Source of the DNA: Clostridiales bacterium
GTDB taxonomy: Bacteria; Bacillota; Clostridia; Saccharofermentanales; Saccharofermentanaceae
Length of the DNA: 58,702 nucleotides
Direction: 5' to 3'
Assembly (NCBI GenBank): GCA_017513085.1
Contig: JAFWDK010000011.1
Span: 1 to 58,702, forward strand
Program-made: the position numbers and the translations under genes
Shown here: positions 8,713 through 17,688 of the stretch, in pieces
Layout of the letters: every line of letters begins with the position of its first letter
How positions within the stretch are numbered: position 1 is the stretch's first letter
The notes under the pieces: model-generated
The model's input: the letters and a program-made list of their open reading frames with translations, nothing else
Told to the model about the DNA's origin: nothing
Databases searched by the model: none

Positions 8713-9393
8713 TCACCCGAAGATCAGTTTCTTTACGATCTCGATCGTCTTCTTTCGCATATAGGTCTGGTCCAGATCCGGATCGATGGGATGCATATAG
8801 GTATGGCAGAAGCACTCTATATAGTTGACCGCCATGCGGACGTTTTCGGCGCTTTTCTCCGGATTCGCGCCCTTAAGGAGGAACACCTGCTCCATCTTCT
8901 CATACATATCCTGCCAGAAGCCGTCGGAGACTTCCGCGATATCCGCATCCGTGTGATACAACGCTTCCAGTTCCTCATGCACTGCCCAGTTTCTCCGGTG
9001 ATATTCCAGTAAGTAGTCTAATGTTTTTTCGGCAAAAGCATCAAACTCAAGCCCTTTTTCTCCGTTTTCAGCTTCGTGGTAGAAGCGGGTAACATCTCCC
9101 ATCAACTGATCTGCCGCCATCTGCAGAGCCTGAATGAGGATATCCTTCTTATCGCGGAAATAGTGGTAAACGATACCGGTAGATAGGCCTGCCGCTTTTG
9201 CAATATCGTCCGCCGTGATATTGTGATATCCCTTCTGAAGGATCAGGTCACCGCCGACGCTTAAGATCTTAAGCCGCGTCTCGATTGAGCGCTTCTGCTT
9301 CGGAACCGCCATTGGCTTGTTCTTGGGGTCTGAAGATGTCTTGCGTTCAATCTTCCCTTTTTCACTGTTTTTTCCCGGTTTCTTAGTGGCCAT
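8713..9393 (-). CDS. TetR/AcrR-family regulator
   Basis: KGYHNITADDIAKAAGLSTGIVYHYFRDKKDIL helix-turn-helix. GAGGTG RBS favours ATG 9393; ATG 9312 is an alternative. Confidence 0.9.
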   Translation of the reverse strand: MATKKPGKNSEKGKIERKTSSDPKNKPMAVPKQKRSIETRLKILSVGGDLILQKGYHNITADDIAKAAGLSTGIVYHYFRDKKDILIQALQMAADQLMGDVTRFYHEAENGEKGLEFDAFAEKTLDYLLEYHRRNWAVHEELEALYHTDADIAEVSDGFWQDMYEKMEQVFLLKGANPEKSAENVRMAVNYIECFCHTYMHPIDPDLDQTYMRKKTIEIVKKLIFG

Positions 9394-9463
9394 CAGGCAA
9401 GTCACCTCATCGAATTCTTACTATCCAACTCTATTAAACCACAGATTCGTTTTCTTGCACAGC

Positions 9464-9548
9464 AAAATTGAGACATTTCTCAATTTTCACAAAAAACCGG
9501 CACCTTGTTTTATACACAATGTACAAAGTTGAGAGATTTCTCAATTTT
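9464..9548. promoter_or_regulatory. Two copies of a palindromic operator (probably bound by the TetR)
   Basis: AAAATTGAGA-CATT-TCTCAATTTT (9464-9487) and AAAGTTGAGA-GATT-TCTCAATTTT (9525-9548) between the divergent tetR and ABC genes. Confidence 0.75.
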
Positions 9549-9552
9549 TGTA

Positions 9553-9581
9553 TTGACCTGATTTCAGGGCGGACGTAGAAT
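9553..9581 (+). promoter_or_regulatory. sigmaA promoter of the ABC operon
   Basis: TTGACC, 17 bp, TAGAAT. Confidence 0.7.
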
Positions 9582-9642
9582 GATCGTAGTTAGCACAGGC
9601 TTACTTTATAACTTATATAAATATCCGAAGGAGACGAACAAA

Positions 9643-10350
9643 ATGGGAAACACAATCGTCGAGTTTAAGAATGTCACGAAGCAATATGGTCAAGGTGAAG
9701 CGATCCAGCTGGCCAACAACGATGTCAACTTCACGATCGAAGAGGGCGAATTCGTCGTTATACTCGGTCAGTCCGGAGCCGGCAAATCCACCGTATTAAA
9801 CATGCTGGGCGGGATGGATACACCTACATCCGGAACGATCACCGTCGCCGGCCAGGAAGTCTCGAAGATGAACGATAAAGAGTTATCGGAATATCGCGCC
9901 GGCACGATCGGGTTTATCTTCCAGTTCTATAACCTCCTCCCCTCCCTGACCGCCATAGAGAATGTGTCTTTGGTAAAAAACATCGTCAAAAGCGGTCCGG
10001 AACCGATGGAGATGTTACGCGCCGTCGGACTCGGGGATCACGCCAAAAAGTTTCCGTCGCAAATGTCCGGCGGCGAACAACAACGCGTCTCCATCGCAAG
10101 AGCTTTGGCCAAGGACCCGAAGATCATACTCGGCGATGAGCCGACGGGAGCACTCGATTCCGAGACCGGTGTGATCGTTCTGGAACTTCTTTCCGATCTT
10201 TCCCGCAAACAAGGAAAGACCGTGATCCTGGTCACGCATAACGCCGATATTGCCAAGTGTGCGGATAAAGTCATCCGCATGAAAAACGGAAAGATCCGCG
10301 AGATCCGCATCAACGAATCTCCGGTTCCGGTCCGGGAGGTGGAATGGTAA
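9643..10350 (+). CDS. ABC transporter ATP-binding protein (LolD/MacB-type)
   Basis: Walker A GQSGAGKST, signature MSGGEQQRV, DEPTGALD and H-loop VTHN; AAGGAG RBS. Confidence 0.93.
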   Translation: MGNTIVEFKNVTKQYGQGEAIQLANNDVNFTIEEGEFVVILGQSGAGKSTVLNMLGGMDTPTSGTITVAGQEVSKMNDKELSEYRAGTIGFIFQFYNLLPSLTAIENVSLVKNIVKSGPEPMEMLRAVGLGDHAKKFPSQMSGGEQQRVSIARALAKDPKIILGDEPTGALDSETGVIVLELLSDLSRKQGKTVILVTHNADIAKCADKVIRMKNGKIREIRINESPVPVREVEW

Positions 10351-12662
10351 TGCTTGTACGTAAGATGACGCGGGAGATCCGGAAGAACCTCGGCCAGTTC
10401 CTCTCTCTCTTTGTACTCTCCTTTCTGGCCGTATCTCTTTTTGCCTGCATGAAGGCTAGCAATATCAGTGCTTACAACAAGCTGGATGACTTGCGGAAAG
10501 AAACCAATTGCGCCGACGGCTGGATCTTCAGCGAGAACTTTTCTTCGGAAGATCTTTCCTCTGTAAAAGCACTTTCCGACATCACTTCTGCGCAGAGACG
10601 TCTTCACTTCAAAGCGACGGCGGAAGGCTTCGACCAGGCGCAGTTGGAAGTCTATGGTCTTGAAGAGGATCTGGTTTCCATGCCGTATTATGTGACCGGA
10701 AACAAGCTGGATCTGACATCGAAAGATGGCATCTGGATCTCGGAGTCTTTTGTGAAAGAATGGGGTCTGAAGATTGGCGACTCTTTCTCCTTTTCTGCTT
10801 ACGGTCAAATTCTGAACAAACGCATCGAAGGCACGATCGTTTCTCCTGAATATCAGTATCTCAAAGCGGATAAGGATCTGGATATCATAGCGAAAAATAT
10901 CGCCGTCATCTATATGCCGGTCGATGGACTAAGCGAATATTTCCAGGGTCTTCCCGGCGGCCTCCCTTTCAATGAACTGATCTTCACGACCAGCCGAAGC
11001 GATGTGAAATCTTTGGAGTCCTCGCTGGATGAAGCACTTCACGGCAACTATGCAGTGCTTTGCGATCGGGACGACATGCCCGGGATCCGCATCATGAAAG
11101 ATGAACTGGCACAACATGATCAGTTTGCCATCACCTTTCCGGTCGTTTTTCTGGCTATTGCCATATTGGTCATTATGACGACGATGAACCGAATGATCGC
11201 CAACCAGCGTACCCAGATCGGAACGCTGCGCGCCTTGGGCATGAAGAAAAGGAAGATCATCTTCCACTATCTGAGCTACAGTTTTATTGTCTCGCTTCTG
11301 GGCTCCCTCGTAGGCGTTTTCGTCGGCACCTATCTCTTCGGCGAAGGGATCGCCGCGATCTTCCGTGCCTGGTATTTGATCCCGGGCTGGACGGTCGAGA
11401 TGGATGCCTCATTCGCACTTATCGTGATCCTGATCGTACTCGCCTGTACGCTCGCGACTTATTTCAGTTGCCGCAAAGTCATGAATGTACATCCTGCCGC
11501 AAGCCTTCGCCCGGCCGCTCCGAAATCCGGCAAAAGCACTCTTTTCGAAAAGCTTCCTTTCTGGTCCAGACTCGGCTTTTCTTCCCAGTACAACCTGCGT
11601 GATATTGCACGCGGAAAGCTGCGTTCTTTCATGGGCGTTTTCGGAACTGCCGCCGGCATGATGATCATGGTCGCGGCCATGGCTTCGATCACCACGATCC
11701 AGGATGCCTCTTCCTGGTCTTTCGACAAGATCCAAAACTTTAAAAACGAGATCGATTTCTCGGATGATATCACGTTGGATCTGGCAGAGAGTTATAAAGA
11801 AAAATATGGCGGCGAACTGATCCAGACATCGGCAATCGAGATTGCAAAAGAACCGCACGCGGATTCTTCGAAGAAAAAGACAACTTCGCTTATGGTAACT
11901 GAGGGCGAAAACTTCTACCGGCTCACTGACAAAAACCGCGATCTCGCCGAACTTGCTCCAGGAAGCTGTGCCATTACCATGAAGCTGGCCCGTTCTCTGG
12001 ATCTTCGTGAAGGCGACACTTTCTACTGGCACCTTTATGAAAAGAATACCTGGTATGAGGCAAAAGTCGGATTGATCAACCGTCACCCGAATTTCTCGGG
12101 AGTGACGATGTTACGTGACGACTATGAAGCAACCGACGCCGGATATCTACCTAGTCTTCTCTATACATCTTCCGACTCGGTGGATGCTCAGGACCAGCCG
12201 GGCATCTTAGCGGTCCATGATGACAAGGATCTGAAGGAAAGCTTCGATATCATGATGGAAATGATTTATGCCATGCTTTTCGTCTTTGTGGTATTTGCAA
12301 CGATCCTGCCGATCGTCGTCCTCTACAATTGCGGGAATCTCTCTTTCCACGAAAGAGTGAAAGAATTTGCTACGCTGAAAGTCCTTGGGTTCACCACGAA
12401 AAAGATCAGAAAGCTCCTCTCTCTTCAGAACCTTTGGCTCTCCATCATCGGAGTGTTCCTGGGGGCGCCGTTCGGCAAAGTCATGCTCCAGTACATGTTC
12501 GACAGTAACGGAGACAGCATGGACTACCCTGTCTCAGCAGGATTCCTCGTCTATCTCGTCTCAGGACTCTTCGTCATGATCGTATCTGTACTGGTCAGTT
12601 ATATGTTCAACAAACGTATCAAGAAACTGGATATGGTCGAGATCCTGAAAGGCATAGAATGA
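10350..12662 (+). CDS. ABC transporter permease, duplicated FtsX/MacB-like
   Basis: Two FtsX-type repeats (QRTQIGTLRALG; ERVKEFATLKVLG) with large extracellular loops. TAATG overlap with the ATPase stop. Confidence 0.88.
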   Translation: MLVRKMTREIRKNLGQFLSLFVLSFLAVSLFACMKASNISAYNKLDDLRKETNCADGWIFSENFSSEDLSSVKALSDITSAQRRLHFKATAEGFDQAQLEVYGLEEDLVSMPYYVTGNKLDLTSKDGIWISESFVKEWGLKIGDSFSFSAYGQILNKRIEGTIVSPEYQYLKADKDLDIIAKNIAVIYMPVDGLSEYFQGLPGGLPFNELIFTTSRSDVKSLESSLDEALHGNYAVLCDRDDMPGIRIMKDELAQHDQFAITFPVVFLAIAILVIMTTMNRMIANQRTQIGTLRALGMKKRKIIFHYLSYSFIVSLLGSLVGVFVGTYLFGEGIAAIFRAWYLIPGWTVEMDASFALIVILIVLACTLATYFSCRKVMNVHPAASLRPAAPKSGKSTLFEKLPFWSRLGFSSQYNLRDIARGKLRSFMGVFGTAAGMMIMVAAMASITTIQDASSWSFDKIQNFKNEIDFSDDITLDLAESYKEKYGGELIQTSAIEIAKEPHADSSKKKTTSLMVTEGENFYRLTDKNRDLAELAPGSCAITMKLARSLDLREGDTFYWHLYEKNTWYEAKVGLINRHPNFSGVTMLRDDYEATDAGYLPSLLYTSSDSVDAQDQPGILAVHDDKDLKESFDIMMEMIYAMLFVFVVFATILPIVVLYNCGNLSFHERVKEFATLKVLGFTTKKIRKLLSLQNLWLSIIGVFLGAPFGKVMLQYMFDSNGDSMDYPVSAGFLVYLVSGLFVMIVSVLVSYMFNKRIKKLDMVEILKGIE

Positions 12663-12670
12663 CAAAGAAG

Positions 12671-12760
12671 TAGTTAGCATATTCTAACTATTTGTATTGA
12701 CACGGATGTTTTCTATTGATATAGTATATACGTTTAGTTAGCCTATGCTAACTAAACGTA
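12671..12760 (+). promoter_or_regulatory. sigmaA promoter flanked by two AGTTAGC-N4-GCTAACT operator boxes
   Basis: Box 1 AGTTAGCATATTCTAACT (12672-12689). TTGACA (12697-12702), 17 bp, TGa-TATAGT (12720-12725). Box 2 AGTTAGCCTATGCTAACT (12736-12753) lies within 14-bp perfect arms spanning 12729-12760. Confidence 0.85.
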
Positions 12761-12785
12761 AAGACGATCAGAAAGGAAAACATCT

Positions 12786-13349
12786 ATGCCGGAACGGTAT
12801 CTGGTTGACCAATGCGCGCCGACTCTTGCCGGAATGAAAACAGGAAGCCTCTTTACTATTCATGGCAAAGATCCGGAAAGGATCCACTCCGAGATCAGAA
12901 GGATCAATCGCACTCTTTCAGGCAAAGGGCTTTTGCTTCTTCCTCTTCACTCAACTTCCGCATTCTGTCTTCTTTATCTGTATCGTCCGAAGCAACTTGA
13001 CCAGGATCTGAAGCAGCCGAAATGTACTAAACTTCTCCGAAAATGCGGATACTCAAGTCTCCGGACAACGACCTGTCTGGTTCACCTTATCCGACGGCTT
13101 CGGGAAGGATCCGGGTTTCCTCACGAGATCGGTCTTTTCCTTGGTTATCCTCCGGAAGACGTACAAGGCTTTATGGAAGATCCGCACTGTCCAAGCAAAT
13201 GCCGAGGCTGCACAGGAGGATGCTGGAAAGTATATCACGAACCGGAAAAAGCCCAAGTGCTTTTTGAGAAGTATGCGTCCTGCACGAGAAGTTATCAGAA
13301 GCGGCTCCTATGCGGAGCTTCTATCGAACAGTTGGCCGTAGCAGGCTGA
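12786..13349 (+). CDS. DUF3793 family protein
   Basis: QCAPTLAG.K...L, YLYRP, FPHEIGLFLGYPPEDV.GF and CWKVY motifs; typical position upstream of flavodoxin. Confidence 0.85.
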   Translation: MPERYLVDQCAPTLAGMKTGSLFTIHGKDPERIHSEIRRINRTLSGKGLLLLPLHSTSAFCLLYLYRPKQLDQDLKQPKCTKLLRKCGYSSLRTTTCLVHLIRRLREGSGFPHEIGLFLGYPPEDVQGFMEDPHCPSKCRGCTGGCWKVYHEPEKAQVLFEKYASCTRSYQKRLLCGASIEQLAVAG

Positions 13350-13418
13350 AGAACAGGCAGTTTCCTGCACTCCGCAGGTCTGTATATATGAAATCTTACA
13401 AACAGAAAGGATATAAGT

Positions 13419-13850
13419 ATGAGCAAAATCGCAATTGTTTTTTGGAGCGGAACCGGAAACACAGAGACTATGGCAAATGCTGTGGAAGCCGGTGCTAAAG
13501 AGGCCGGTGCAGAAGTCACACGTTTTTCGCCGGCTGATTTTACCGAGGACAAAGTAGCAGACTTTGACGCGATCGCTTTCGGATGCCCGGCTATGGGAGC
13601 CGAAGTTTTGGAAGAGTCGGAAGTTGACCCGATGTTCACTGCGCTTGAGCAGGCCAGCGTCCTTACCGGTAAGAAGGTCGGTCTTTTCGGTTCTTACGGC
13701 TGGGGTGACGGCGAGTGGATGCGAAACTGGGAAGAAAGATGCAGACAGGCAGGCGCTGATCTTATCTACGAAGGCGTGATCTGCAACGAAGCCCCGGACG
13801 CTGCCGCTACCGAAGCTTGTAAAAAGCTTGGCACAGATCTCTCACATTAA
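13419..13850 (+). CDS. Short-chain flavodoxin
   Basis: WSGTGNTETMA, FGCPAMG and LFGSYGWGDGEWM motifs. Confidence 0.95.
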   Translation: MSKIAIVFWSGTGNTETMANAVEAGAKEAGAEVTRFSPADFTEDKVADFDAIAFGCPAMGAEVLEESEVDPMFTALEQASVLTGKKVGLFGSYGWGDGEWMRNWEERCRQAGADLIYEGVICNEAPDAAATEACKKLGTDLSH

Positions 13851-13887
13851 TTCATTCACAATTCACTATCAATCTATCTATTCACCT

Positions 13888-13930
13888 AAAGTACCTGATC
13901 AGACATTCATATCTTTTCAGGTACTTTTTT
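13888..13930 (+). terminator. Intrinsic terminator
   Basis: AAAGTACCTGA / TCAGGTACTTT stem with T-run. Confidence 0.8.
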
Positions 13931-14003
13931 ACACACAATTGCAAAATGAAGTATAATAGTAAATAATTATTTTGAAACCATCTGATTTACAAGGAGAATA
14001 CAT

Positions 14004-14384
14004 ATGAACGGACTATATGAATCTGGCGAAGATTATCTCGAGACCATCCTGATCCTTAAGAAGCGAAACGGCAATGTTCGTTCCGTGGATATCGCCCACG
14101 AGATGGAGCTGAGCAAACCAAGTGTCAGCCGTGCTATGGGCATCTTGAAAAACAAAGGTTTTATCTCTATCGAAGAAGATGGCAGTATTATTTTTAGCGA
14201 GGAAGGCAGCAAGCTGGCCAAGCGTATCTACGAGCGTCATCGTATCCTTACGGAAGCCCTGATGCTTCTGGGCGTGGATGAGAAAACCGCTTCAGAAGAT
14301 GCGTGCCGCATCGAGCATGATATCAGCGAGAAATCTTTCAACAAGATCAAGAAGCATGTTCGTGATGCCAAGAAAGCTGAGTAA
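14004..14384 (+). CDS. DtxR/MntR-family metal-dependent transcriptional regulator (no FeoA/SH3 domain)
   Basis: ESGEDYLETI, VRSVDIA...SKPSVSRAM, YERHRIL and DACRIEH motifs. Confidence 0.92.
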   Translation: MNGLYESGEDYLETILILKKRNGNVRSVDIAHEMELSKPSVSRAMGILKNKGFISIEEDGSIIFSEEGSKLAKRIYERHRILTEALMLLGVDEKTASEDACRIEHDISEKSFNKIKKHVRDAKKAE

Positions 14385-14393
14385 GCTTCTGTA

Positions 14394-15281
14394 TTACGCT
14401 TCTTCTTTCTCCTCACTTCTATCGTGATGAAGATTCCAGTACCAGCGGAATACGGCCATGCCGATAATGATCACATAGCCGCATATGCTTAACGGCGCCG
14501 GTATCTCAGAGAAAAAGACCACACCGAGGATCGCAGAGAAGACCACTTGCGTGTTATCGAAAACACCGATCTTTCTTGCCGGTGCAAACTTATAGGCAGA
14601 AGTGATCGAAAACTGTGCAATCGCCGCGAAGATTCCTGCTGCGACCAGACAAAGAAGCTGCCAGGTCTCCATCACCTTAAAGTCAAAGATCATGAACGGC
14701 AGCGACAAAAGACACGAAAAAAGAGAAAAGCAGAGGACAATGATCGATGTCCTCTCTTTTTTTTGCCCGAGAAGACGGACAAAAGAATATGCAATACCAG
14801 CGCCTGCGCCACCCCAAAGGCCGGCCAAAGCCGGGATCATGGAAACATCTGCAGATGGTCTGGCGATCAGGATCACTCCGGAAAAAGCAACTACCGTCGT
14901 CAGGATGTCGATCTTCGTCGGCTTTTCTTTTAGGATCGGAATCGACGCAAGGATCGCAAAGAACGGCGAAAGTTTATTGAGCATATTCGCGTCGGCAAGA
15001 GGCAAGTGATCGATCGCATAGAAATTGCAGAGCAACCCGGTCGTACCGAACAGGCATCTGAGAAAAACGTACTTCCCGTTTCCCTTTTTCATCTTGAACT
15101 TTTCTTCCGAACGCATGAGTGTTACCGCTGCAATCACTGCTGCAAAAGCATTTCTGAAGAATGCTTTTTCCATTGTCGGCACATCGCCGCTGAGTTTTAC
15201 AAAGAAAGTCATCAGGGCAAATCCCAATGCCGCTGCCAGAATACAGGCAATTCCTTTTGCGTCCGAACTCTTCAGTTTCAT
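14394..15281 (-). CDS. DMT/EamA-family transporter
   Basis: About 10 hydrophobic helices in two EamA repeats; LSPFF..L...ILKE and GVVFFSEIP motifs. Confidence 0.88.
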   Translation of the reverse strand: MKLKSSDAKGIACILAAALGFALMTFFVKLSGDVPTMEKAFFRNAFAAVIAAVTLMRSEEKFKMKKGNGKYVFLRCLFGTTGLLCNFYAIDHLPLADANMLNKLSPFFAILASIPILKEKPTKIDILTTVVAFSGVILIARPSADVSMIPALAGLWGGAGAGIAYSFVRLLGQKKERTSIIVLCFSLFSCLLSLPFMIFDFKVMETWQLLCLVAAGIFAAIAQFSITSAYKFAPARKIGVFDNTQVVFSAILGVVFFSEIPAPLSICGYVIIIGMAVFRWYWNLHHDRSEEKEEA

Positions 15282-15315
15282 CTATATAATCTGTCCTCTT
15301 TCCTTCTGACCTTTT

Positions 15316-16590
15316 TCACTCGCTTTGCAGCATCATGCGTTCCAATCCGCAAGCTGCTGCATAAAGTTTTTTCTCATCCGCGCCATAGAGGATGACCGCC
15401 CGTCTTATCCCCTGCTCATCTTTTTCAGCGCCTGCGACTGTAACAGACGGCAATCCACAGAAATGCATGACATTGGTCGGTCCGGTCATCAAGACCGCAT
15501 CGTATTCTTCGATCGCGTTGCGCACTTCCTCGATCCTCTTCTTCCGGTAACGCAAAGCCTCCAGATATTCTTCACCCATAAGCCCTCCCGGCGTCTCATC
15601 CAGAGCTGCCCGAAGGTAGTCATGCCCGTACTTCATCATGGTATCCGGATTCGCTTCATAAAAGTCAACGATCTCGCTCAGCGTTTTTCGGGAAGCCGTC
15701 GATGTACGAAGGTACATCTCGAGCATAGGCTTAAACTCCCATTTCATGATCGTCTTGAGCATCGGTTCTTTTTCCTGATGGATCTTCTCCACCGTCGCGC
15801 CCGCTTCCCGAAGCTGTCCCACCAATCTTTCGTAGAAAGCCTTCTGCCCGTCGTCCAGTTTCTCCCCATTCGCGTCATTCACCGCAATACGGAGCCTGGA
15901 GACCGAAGCAGGCCGGATATCCGGAAACACCTCATCGCGCATGGCCCGATACATCCGAAACGCATCCAGAAATGTATCTGCCATCGGTCCCGGGCTATCC
16001 AACGTTTTCGCCACCGGTATGATCCCTTCCTGCGAAAGCACTCCGACCGGTGGTTTGATCGCGCAAATGCCGTTGAACTGTGCGCAGGCGATAATGGAAA
16101 ACGAGGTATCCGTACCGACTGCCATCGAGACGATCCCCGCGCTGACAGCCACTCCGGATCCGGTAGACGAACCGCCCGGTTCCGCGCTTTCACATATCGC
16201 ATGGATCACCTGGCCGCCACGGGAACTGTATCCTCCGGGCATATTGGAAGAGACATAGTTGGCAAACTCGGTCATATTGGTCTTGCCCAGGATCACGGCA
16301 CCGTGTCTTCTTAAATTCCGGATCACGTGCGCATCTTCCAAAGCCAGATTATCGGCAAGCGCCAGACTTCCGGCGGTAGTATGCATACCTTTCACATCGA
16401 TATTGTCTTTGACAAGGATCGGCACTCCGCGAAGCAGGAGTTCACCTGGCTCGCCGCTGGCAGCAGATGGTTTTCTTCCCTGATAGTTGGCTTCATCCAA
16501 GGCCGCTTCATTGATCTCGGCAATACAGTTCAGCGCATCTTTTCCGCCAAGCTGCTCCGCCTTTCTCATCGCGCGTTGTGTTCTGTGCAT
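15316..16590 (-). CDS. Amidase-signature family enzyme
   Basis: GVPILVKDNI, GKTNMTEFA, GGSSTGS and GTDTSFSI (Lys/Ser/Ser triad region). Confidence 0.88.
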   Translation of the reverse strand: MHRTQRAMRKAEQLGGKDALNCIAEINEAALDEANYQGRKPSAASGEPGELLLRGVPILVKDNIDVKGMHTTAGSLALADNLALEDAHVIRNLRRHGAVILGKTNMTEFANYVSSNMPGGYSSRGGQVIHAICESAEPGGSSTGSGVAVSAGIVSMAVGTDTSFSIIACAQFNGICAIKPPVGVLSQEGIIPVAKTLDSPGPMADTFLDAFRMYRAMRDEVFPDIRPASVSRLRIAVNDANGEKLDDGQKAFYERLVGQLREAGATVEKIHQEKEPMLKTIMKWEFKPMLEMYLRTSTASRKTLSEIVDFYEANPDTMMKYGHDYLRAALDETPGGLMGEEYLEALRYRKKRIEEVRNAIEEYDAVLMTGPTNVMHFCGLPSVTVAGAEKDEQGIRRAVILYGADEKKLYAAACGLERMMLQSE

Positions 16591-16647
16591 GATAGATCCC
16601 TCTTCAGTTCTTGTCGCAATATATTCCCATGCGGTCCCCGGCGTCTC

Positions 16648-17316
16648 TTACGCCTGGATCCACATGGCAGGACGAAGTCCGTATCCTTCATAGTAGACAT
16701 TGTAACCGGAACTCAGAACATAACCGAAATCCCGGACACAGGCAGCAGAATGCTCGTCACGGCCAGGTGAACGAAGCCACCAGGGCGAGCAGCCGGCAGC
16801 GGATCCTTTTAAAGAAGTCATCACACCGCGATCCTTCGCGTAGTCGGTCGGAATGGCACGGCGGTCTTTTCCCTTGGCAAAAAGCGAGTTAGCCTCGTCA
16901 AAACTCAGAAGGAAAATACGATCTTCCGTTTCATTTCCTCCGCGGATACCAAATTCCTGATTGTCTGCATTTTTGATTTTGGTCTCGAGAATACGTTTTT
17001 GCTCTTCTTCGCTAAAAGCACTTGTATAGAAATCTGCGTTCAACCAGGCACGGAGAGTGCAGGTTTCCCATGTGACGTTCTTGGCATCCTGGTTATAAGG
17101 AATCATGTCGATGACATGCTTCGTGATCACCAGGGCATCTCCTTCATCGTTCACATCCAGAACGATCCACTGAAGTTCCTGATCCGCATAGGATCCGAAA
17201 GTGATCTCATCGCCTACGTTATACTTCACTTTCTTCCTGGCCGAAGAACAACTTAACGCCGCCAGCATCACGGCCAGGATCAATACTATATTAAGAAGAC
17301 GTTTAACAACACTCAC
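16648..17316 (-). CDS. Lipoprotein with DUF6273-like domain
   Basis: GTG start after GGAGG; lipobox LSSC; ITFGSY...WIVLD, TWETCTLRAWLN..F, IFLLS..E, WWLRSPG and GLRPAMWI motifs. Confidence 0.8.
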   Translation of the reverse strand: MSVVKRLLNIVLILAVMLAALSCSSARKKVKYNVGDEITFGSYADQELQWIVLDVNDEGDALVITKHVIDMIPYNQDAKNVTWETCTLRAWLNADFYTSAFSEEEQKRILETKIKNADNQEFGIRGGNETEDRIFLLSFDEANSLFAKGKDRRAIPTDYAKDRGVMTSLKGSAAGCSPWWLRSPGRDEHSAACVRDFGYVLSSGYNVYYEGYGLRPAMWIQA

Positions 17317-17688
17317 GATGCGCCTCCGAAAAGATTCCTAGCATATTATCAAAACACGTTCAGTCCCCGTAAAACATACACCAGAAAGTATAGCACAAAT
17401 TATCAAAAAGAGAATGCAAGTATTCACAAACAAGTAACTTTTCGTGTTTTACACTGACAGATGGCCATGGCAAGTCAGTGTTTTTCTTTATACACGAACG
17501 CATATTAAGATTATTATAGCACGAGAAAAAAATAGCTTTGACATCATCTTGCAACTGACACTGTCAAAGCCATAGCTGACAAAAGTAAAAATTTTCGCTC
17601 CTCATCTCTTATTCAAAACCTGCATACTGAGGAGCGATTACGCAGGCGCGAAGCGCCGAAGATCGAGCAACGAGAATTGTTTTTTTAT

